Below, piece after piece: positions 58,190-64,000 of a stretch of DNA of 64,000 bases. The translations under genes and the position numbers were made by a program. The stretch is from an uncultured bacterium (lineage in GTDB: Bacteria; Joyebacterota; Joyebacteria; Joyebacterales; Joyebacteraceae). Position 1 is the stretch's first letter. The number at the start of each line of letters is the position of its first letter. The notes beneath the pieces are model-generated. The model had not been told where the DNA came from. It saw nothing but the letters and a program-made list of their open reading frames with translations, and made no database searches. The DNA lies in assembly GCA_964399265.1 (NCBI GenBank), contig CAYNQF010000003.1, forward strand, positions 3,104 to 67,103, written 5' to 3'.

Positions 58190-59185
58190 CTACATGTCCA
58201 CCTGCAACTCGAGGATGTCTCCATCCTCCACCACGTGATCTCCGTCAACCGTCTGTCCGTCGAACTTCCCGGAGCCCCAGACGCGGGCGGTCCTCAGCTT
58301 GTCTCCGAACTCCCTGTGTATCTTCCTGGCCACGTCGGTCACAGTGCTGCCTCGAGGCATGATGAACGGACGGTTCATGTCGGCCGGCTTGCCCGGGACC
58401 TTTCCGTAGACGCGGACGATCCTGAGCATCGCGACCAGCGTGCGCTTCAGTTCGTCCATCCCATGTCCCAGGCCGGCACAGACAGGAACGATCAGAAATT
58501 CGTCTCCGATCACCTCGCGCAGAAACGCCAGGTTCTCTGCCGCGTCCGGGCTGTCGGTCTTGTTCGCGACCACGATCGTCGGCTTGACGTCGCGCGGCAA
58601 CTCGTCCTCGGAGGGGTCGTGTCTGCGGCTCAGGCGGATGTGCTTCTCGGCCAGCGCGTCCTTGACGAACTGGAATGAGTCCACGCAGTCGTCGGCGTCA
58701 AGGTCGACCACGAGGAGTGCGGCGTCCGCGTTCCGTATGATCTCCGGAACCCACGAGTCTATGTGGTCCGGGGACAGAGGAGGAATGTCGATGAGCTGCA
58801 GCTGGATGTCCTCGTACGGCATCATCGCCGGTTGCGGCGCCCGCGTGGTGAAGGGGTAGGGGGCAACCTCCGGCTCGGCGTTCGTCGCTATCGCCACGAG
58901 CTGTGACTTCCCTACGTTGGGGGTGCCGATCAGCACGACCTGCGGCGCCTCCTCCTTAGGGACGTGGTACGACGGTCCGGAGCGCCCCTTCTTGCGGCTC
59001 TGCTGCTCCTCCTCGCGGAGCTTCGAGAGCCTTCTGCGCATGTCCGCGCGCAGATGGTCGGTGCCCTTGTGTTTCGGGCATACGGCCATCATCTCCTGCA
59101 GGGCAGCGATCCGCTCCTGCACGGTCTTCGCTTCGCGGAACTTCCGCTCCGCTACCTTGAAATCAGGTGGAAGATTCGCAGGCAT
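58190..59185 (-). CDS. Obg/DRG-like GTP-binding protein with a C-terminal TGS domain
   Basis: G1 (LIGTPNVGKSQL), then NKTD, and a C-terminal TGS-like beta-grasp (VRVYGKVPGK...GSTVTDVARKIHREFGDKLRTARVWG). Confidence 0.8.
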   Translation of the reverse strand: MPANLPPDFKVAERKFREAKTVQERIAALQEMMAVCPKHKGTDHLRADMRRRLSKLREEEQQSRKKGRSGPSYHVPKEEAPQVVLIGTPNVGKSQLVAIATNAEPEVAPYPFTTRAPQPAMMPYEDIQLQLIDIPPLSPDHIDSWVPEIIRNADAALLVVDLDADDCVDSFQFVKDALAEKHIRLSRRHDPSEDELPRDVKPTIVVANKTDSPDAAENLAFLREVIGDEFLIVPVCAGLGHGMDELKRTLVAMLRIVRVYGKVPGKPADMNRPFIMPRGSTVTDVARKIHREFGDKLRTARVWGSGKFDGQTVDGDHVVEDGDILELQVDM

Positions 59186-59331
59186 GCCTTCTCCGGGACC
59201 TCCGTCTCATAGCCGAAGTACGATGATAACGCGTGACGGGGTCGCCAGACAACAACGACCGCCACGGGAACGAGCCCGTGGCGGCCGTCTTTCGGACTCC
59301 TGGTCGACGCTCCCCCGGTCCGGTACCGGTT

Positions 59332-60411
59332 CTAGCGGAACATCGACTTAATGAAACCCCAAGATGTCGATTCTACCGGCGTTCCCGTCGTGGCGAGGAT
59401 GTAGCTCTGGTCCTCGGAATCGCGCGGCCAGGCGCCCGCCTCGTTGAGCACGGCCTCGAGCGCTTCGGCCGGCCCCATCTCCGTCACCTGCGGTGCGGGG
59501 TATCTGATGCCCGTGGTCCCGCACGCGCCGCACGAGGAAGGCATCAGATTTCCGCTCATGTAGACGCCCTCGGCGTCTTCGCTGATGACGATCGCGTCGT
59601 GCTCGTCGCTCCTGGGAGTGGCGAGGTAGTAGTTGTTCACCAGATTCGCTGTCGTTCCGTTGCGCAGACGCGTGCCGTAGTTCGTCGACCAGTCGCAGAT
59701 CACGTTGTTGACCATGTCGACGTTGTCGGCGTCGTCCAACTGCGGATTGCGCTCGTCGCCACCCACGTAGAGGTTGTGGTGGAGCGACAGGTTGTAGAGG
59801 TCGGTCCGTATGAGCGAGTTCTTCACCGTCTCGGCGATGATGCACCACTGGACCGTCACGTCGTGCGCCCGGTCGGAGATGTCGACACACCCATCGCCTC
59901 CGCGACGGAACGAGCAGTGGTCGACGACGACGTTGTATGCGTCGTCCCAGATCCGAAGATTGTCTCCGAGATCGGGGTCGGGCGCATCGCATACGCGGAT
60001 GTTCCTGACGATGATGTCGTGGCACTCCTTGAGGTCCAGGAGCGCGCCGGTTACACCCGTGTTCTCCGCGGTGATGGTAATGCCCGGCGAGGGTGCGGTC
60101 GTGCCGTCGATGGTGATGTAGCTGCCCGATACTCTGATCGTGCTCGTTAGCTCGATCGTTCCACTCACCGCGAACGTCACGTTGCGGTTGGAGCCGGCGA
60201 GCGCGTCGCGCAGCGTGCCCGGCCCGCTGTCCGCGAGCGATGTTACCTGATAGTCGGTTCCGCCCGAACCTCCTGGCGTGTCAGCTCCGTACCCCTCGAG
60301 CGGCCGGTCTCTCAAGCCGGCTGCCGCCGTCGCGGCCTCGGGGGCGGTCGCGAGTGCTGCAGTGAGGAGAAGGAGACCTGACAGAACCAGGATCACAGAT
60401 GCAGTGCGCAT
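59332..60411 (-). CDS. Secreted pectate-lyase-like right-handed beta-helix protein ending in SWGFIKSMFR
   Basis: AAGGAGGG RBS and signal peptide (MRTASVILVLSGLLLLTAALATA). PL1-like segment VVVDHCSFRRGGDGCVDIS. Parallel beta-helix repeats. Confidence 0.75.
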   Translation of the reverse strand: MRTASVILVLSGLLLLTAALATAPEAATAAAGLRDRPLEGYGADTPGGSGGTDYQVTSLADSGPGTLRDALAGSNRNVTFAVSGTIELTSTIRVSGSYITIDGTTAPSPGITITAENTGVTGALLDLKECHDIIVRNIRVCDAPDPDLGDNLRIWDDAYNVVVDHCSFRRGGDGCVDISDRAHDVTVQWCIIAETVKNSLIRTDLYNLSLHHNLYVGGDERNPQLDDADNVDMVNNVICDWSTNYGTRLRNGTTANLVNNYYLATPRSDEHDAIVISEDAEGVYMSGNLMPSSCGACGTTGIRYPAPQVTEMGPAEALEAVLNEAGAWPRDSEDQSYILATTGTPVESTSWGFIKSMFR

Positions 60412-60573
60412 GTCATCCCTCCTTCGTTCCGGACAACGTAGCATTGAGTGCCCAGAACTGCAAGAAATGTTCCTCTGGAGGGGGCATTTCTTTCCTACGT
60501 GAAACACCTGTGATAGAATCGAACATATCCTTGTGGGTGCACGCTCTTGGTTGACTGCCGGAGGGATGGAGAG

Positions 60574-61860
60574 GTGAAACGTCTGTTACTGACCATCGTT
60601 CTGTGCGTGACGATGACACTTGTCTCGTCGGTGGTCGGGGCCGACGTCATCCACGTGCCCGATGGTGTGGGCTCGATCAGCCTCGCTCTCCTCGTGGCCG
60701 GCCCGGGCGACACGATCCTGGTCGCTCCCGGGACCTACCACGTCAACCTGGAGTGGCCGGACAAGTCCGGCCTCAAGCTCCTCTCAGAGACGGGGTCCGG
60801 GCAGACCGTGCTCGACGGAAGCGCCGACGTCCAGGTCATCGGTGTGTACACCGGCGTCGACACCACGACCGTCATCTCAGGCTTCACCATCAGGAACGGG
60901 CACGCCGAAGGGCAATGACCCTGGTGCTCCGGCGGCGGGGTCCGCTGCCTCAACTCGTCACCGCTCTTCACCGACAACGTCTTTTCGGAGAACACGGCCG
61001 AGAACCACGGCGCAGCCTTCCACTGCGAGGACAGCGACGTCGTCGTGCGCGACTGCGAGTTCGTCGGCAACTCGGGCGGGTCGGGCTCCGGCGCCTGGGT
61101 CGAGGGCGACTCTCGCGCACGCTTCGTGCGCTGTCGCTTCAAGGGAAACACCTCGACCGGTGTGGGCGGGGCCGTGGCGACCGACGGGCAGGCCGACGTG
61201 TTGCTTCGCGACTGTGAGTTCACGGACAACACGGGCGGCTCGGGAGGCGGAGTGTGCGTGTCGGTCGGTACGGCGACGATCGAGGACTGCACGTTCGCCG
61301 GCAACGATGCTGACTTCGGGGGAGGGCTGTGCTTCATCTCCGCTGACGACGTCATCGTGCGTTCGACGACCGTCGCCTCGAGCGACGCGTCGTACCAGGG
61401 AGGTGGCGTCTACGCGTCCGACTCGGTCTTCGAGATGGAGGACTGCTCGGTCTCCGGATGCCGCTCGACCACACAGGGAGGCGCGGCGTGGATGCTCTCG
61501 TCGTCGGCTTTGTTCTCCCGCTGCTCGTTTCTGGCGAACTGGTCGGGAGGATTCGGCGGAGGGCTCTACGTCGACGGGGCCGGCGTGACCGCGCACGTAT
61601 GCGAGTTCGAGGGCAACGGAGTCGCGATATACGTCCGGCCGGCGTCCGGCATGCTGTCGGCGCCCCGAAGTCACGTCGACGCGACGTGGTCGTGGTGGGG
61701 TGACGCATCGGGGCCGTACAACCCGAGCGGCAATCCCTTCGGGACGGGGGACGAGGTGTCGGACGGCGTGACGTTCACGCCATGGAACACGACGTCGTCG
61801 GTGGGGGAGCCGCAGTCGGTCCCGACCACGTGGAGCGCCATCAAGTCCGGCTATAGGTAG
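60574..61860 (+). pseudogene. Beta-helix repeat protein gene interrupted by a single in-frame TGA at 60916-60918. The two ORF halves are in the same frame.
   Basis: GGAGGG RBS, GTG 60574 and a signal peptide (KRLLLTIVLCVTMTLVSSVVGA). Read-through gives continuous PbH1 repeats (...TIRNGHAEGQ*PWCSGGGVRCLNSSPLFTDNVFSENTAENHGAAFHCEDSDVVVRDCEFVGNSGG...). C-terminus ends TTWSAIKSGYR. Confidence 0.6.
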
Positions 61861-62000
61861 CGCGCTTGACCCGGCAGAGCGTCGTCCCTATAGTTGCGCT
61901 GTCCGTGACAGCCCAGGCGCGCGGCGGCCGTTCGGGTCGGCGGCGCACCACCCACACTCCCGGGAGATAGCAGGCTCTGGGAACGCAGCCTTCAAGGCCC

Positions 62001-63098
62001 ATGCTCGATCGGTCCAGAATAGTCCGGGCGATCTTTGTGTTCCTCCTGGGCAGCCTGGCCATCATGGCCATCACGCTCTTCGCCACCACGGACCAGCAGA
62101 CCTGGCGTGGCGTCGCGTCGTTCGGCGGCCTTCTCATCGCGGCCCTCTTCGCCGTCATCCTCCTGCGGATGTTCCTGGAGGGCCTGGGTCTCCTGGTCCT
62201 GGTCAACGGCACGCAGGATGCCAAGCTCTCAGTGCTCGAATCGCTCGAGCTGACGCTCGAGGGCTACTTCATCGCCCAGCTCATCCCCGTCAGCGCGGCG
62301 GGCGTTCCCTACCAGGGATTCCTGCTCGTCCGCAAGGGCGTGCGCGCCGGATGGGCGACCGCTCTCGTGCTGGTCAAGGGGTTCGTCCCAGGCGTGTTCT
62401 TCTTCTTCATCTTGGTCGGAGTCTTCGTGGCCGCCCTTCTTGGGTGGAAGGGCTCGGGCGAGTCGATGACGTTCCTCAAGATCGTGGGTCCCATCGCGGT
62501 GCTCCCGACCAGTATCGTCATCGTCATGCTCGTTCTGCTTCTGCGCAAGCCGGCGCTCTTCGATCGCCTGGTCGATCGGATAGCGGCGTTCGTGTCGCGC
62601 CGCGCCCGTGGCAGAGCGAGGGATCGCGTCGAAGACGTCCGTGCCATGCTGCGCGAGGAATCGCACGTCTTCCGCGCGGCCCTGACGACTCTCGGCCGGG
62701 AACGCAGGCTGGTGTTGACCGTCGGGTGCATCCTCGTCGCTCTGGCCTACGTGGTCGAGTTCGCGATGGCGGTGATCATCCTCTGGGGGTTCGGATACCG
62801 CGGGCCGATCCTCCCTCCGCTTGCGCTCCAGGGCGTGCTGAAGCCGATCATAGCGGCGTCGCCGACGCCTGGATCGCTCGCGATCGGTGAGGGCGGCTAC
62901 ATCGGGTTCTTCGCCGCCTACCTGCCGTCGCGTTTCGTGGGCGTGTCACTCGTGCTGTGGCGCCTCGTTCTCTACTTCGTCCCGATGTTCGTCGGCGGCG
63001 TCCTTGTGGCGAGGCGCGTCGGCCGCATCGGTTTCGGGGCGCCGGAAGTGGCCACGGCCGGACGACCGGACGAGGCGGACCTGGACGTGAGCGCTTAG
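62001..63098 (+). CDS. Lysylphosphatidylglycerol-synthase-TM-region-like (UPF0104, flippase-like) integral membrane protein
   Basis: About 8 TM helices with the characteristic length. Call is based on overall topology and composition, so only moderate confidence. Confidence 0.55.
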   Translation: MLDRSRIVRAIFVFLLGSLAIMAITLFATTDQQTWRGVASFGGLLIAALFAVILLRMFLEGLGLLVLVNGTQDAKLSVLESLELTLEGYFIAQLIPVSAAGVPYQGFLLVRKGVRAGWATALVLVKGFVPGVFFFFILVGVFVAALLGWKGSGESMTFLKIVGPIAVLPTSIVIVMLVLLLRKPALFDRLVDRIAAFVSRRARGRARDRVEDVRAMLREESHVFRAALTTLGRERRLVLTVGCILVALAYVVEFAMAVIILWGFGYRGPILPPLALQGVLKPIIAASPTPGSLAIGEGGYIGFFAAYLPSRFVGVSLVLWRLVLYFVPMFVGGVLVARRVGRIGFGAPEVATAGRPDEADLDVSA

Positions 63099-63154
63099 GC
63101 GGGACGAGTGGGAGTCGCGGCGCGGGCGCGACGATGATGCGTATCAGAATCTTC

Positions 63155-63184
63155 TTGACCAGAGCAGGTGTTGGGGCGTATAGT
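63155..63184 (+). promoter_or_regulatory. Sigma70-type promoter in the 350-nt intergenic region upstream of the rsmC-like gene
   Basis: TTGACC, 18-nt spacer, TATAGT. Confidence 0.5.
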
Positions 63185-63321
63185 CCGCTCGACATGAAAA
63201 GATGCCGGCTGCGGATGAGGTATGCGCTGCCGGAGAATGGATAGTCACCGCTTCCAGGCCGGTAGCTTCCATATCGTCTCTGCTTCCTTCGCTGAAGGCT
63301 TTCATGCCTCCAGCTCGCGGA

Positions 63322-63356
63322 TGCCCCGCTTCAAGCAGGCGGGGCATCGTTTTCTC
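63322..63356 (+). terminator. Intrinsic-terminator-like hairpin with a U-tract about 140 nt downstream of the 63155 promoter
   Basis: GCCCCGC-ttcaagcag-GCGGGGC, followed by ATCGTTTTCTCC. Confidence 0.4.
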
Positions 63357-63449
63357 CCTCTCGCGGGAGGGGCACATCCTCCCGCGAGACGGGTGAAGAG
63401 TCGTAGCGCTAACGGCCAATGCGGCAAGGGTAACCCACTTAACTGCTTA

Positions 63450-64000
63450 CATGGTAAACACTTCCTACGAGTTCACCCAGAAGCTGAAGAAGCACCAGCG
63501 GACGTTCCGCGCCGCCGGCGGGCTCTTCTCCAAGGACAAGGTCGCCAAGTCGACCTCGCTCCTGATTGAGCAGATCAACCCGTCCCCGGGCGACCACATC
63601 CTGGACTACGGGTGCGGCTACGGCGCGGTCGGCGTCGGGGTCGCCGATGCTGCTCCCGACCTCGACATCCAGATGGTCGATTCCGACATCCGGGCCGTGC
63701 GCTTCGCTCAGAAGAACGTGAAGGCGAACGGAGCTTCGAACGCGCACGTCGTGCTCGACCACACCCTGGACAGGTTCCGCAACGGGTACTTCAGCATCGT
63801 GGCGTTGAACCCTCCCGTCGAGGAAGGTACCGAGACCATCTTCGAGATGATCGAGTCAGCGCAGTCGAAGATGCGAAACGGCGGCCAGTTCTTCCTCGTT
63901 GCGAAGTCGAACCGGGGCGCCCGCAGCTACATGCGGAAGCTGAGCGAGATCATCGGACCGGCGAAAGTGGTAAGACGCTCGGGCGGATACTGGGTGATGC
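63450..64000 (+). CDS. Class I SAM-dependent methyltransferase, RsmC/RlmG-like (methyltransferase small domain), 3' truncated by the window end
   Basis: ILDYGCGYGAVGV SAM motif and NPP substrate-binding motif (FSIVALNPPVE). The ORF runs off the window end and is not in the ORF table. Confidence 0.7.

Noticed and set aside
60916-60960. Possible selenocysteine recoding (SECIS-like hairpin) at the in-frame TGA of the beta-helix gene
   Set aside because: The hairpin is short and imperfect. No sel genes are seen in the window. A Sec residue in a structural beta-helix repeat is implausible. A pseudogene or sequencing error is more likely.
63241-63330. SRP (4.5S) RNA on the minus strand, because of a CGAAGGAAGCAG match to the domain IV consensus
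   Set aside because: Only 11 nt match. The flanking symmetric-loop and GNRA tetraloop context is not reproduced. Needs an Infernal scan, and is not supportable by eye.

Overview
High-GC (~65%) bacterial chromosomal window with about 50 protein-coding genes on both strands. I found no rRNA, tRNA, CRISPR array or obvious mobile element. Three proteins carry a T9SS-type C-terminal sorting domain, which suggests an FCB-superphylum-like or candidate-phylum lineage.

Main blocks:
- Mrp-type cation/proton antiporter module (mrpC' through mrpG) that ends in a dedicated 2x[4Fe-4S] ferredoxin gene.
- Co-directional cluster: SAM methyltransferase, secreted TPR-CHAT caspase-like protease, two tandem FecR-domain paralogs, CHASE2-PP2C phosphatase. 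This is my top candidate for an undescribed envelope signalling/proteolysis system.
- Two giant paralogous C25 (gingipain-like) peptidases with T9SS C-terminal domains, flanking nfo.
- Transketolase fused to a histone H1-like KKAAKK-repeat tail.
- Stress/housekeeping genes: otsB, usp, mscS, two tandem M29 aminopeptidases, nadE, an APC permease fused to a PTS-EIIA-like domain, hflX, bcp, pepF, a hybrid sensor kinase, and an orphan hydrogenase-maturation protease.
- dtxR / small Cys-rich ORF / feoA / feoB iron-uptake operon, with a perfect TTGACA promoter and a palindromic operator.
- Three secreted right-handed beta-helix proteins that all end in the same decapeptide, [ST]W[GS]xIKxx[YF]R-COOH. 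One of them is interrupted by a single in-frame TGA.

As expected at this GC content, the ORF track has many long antisense ORFs, which I rejected.
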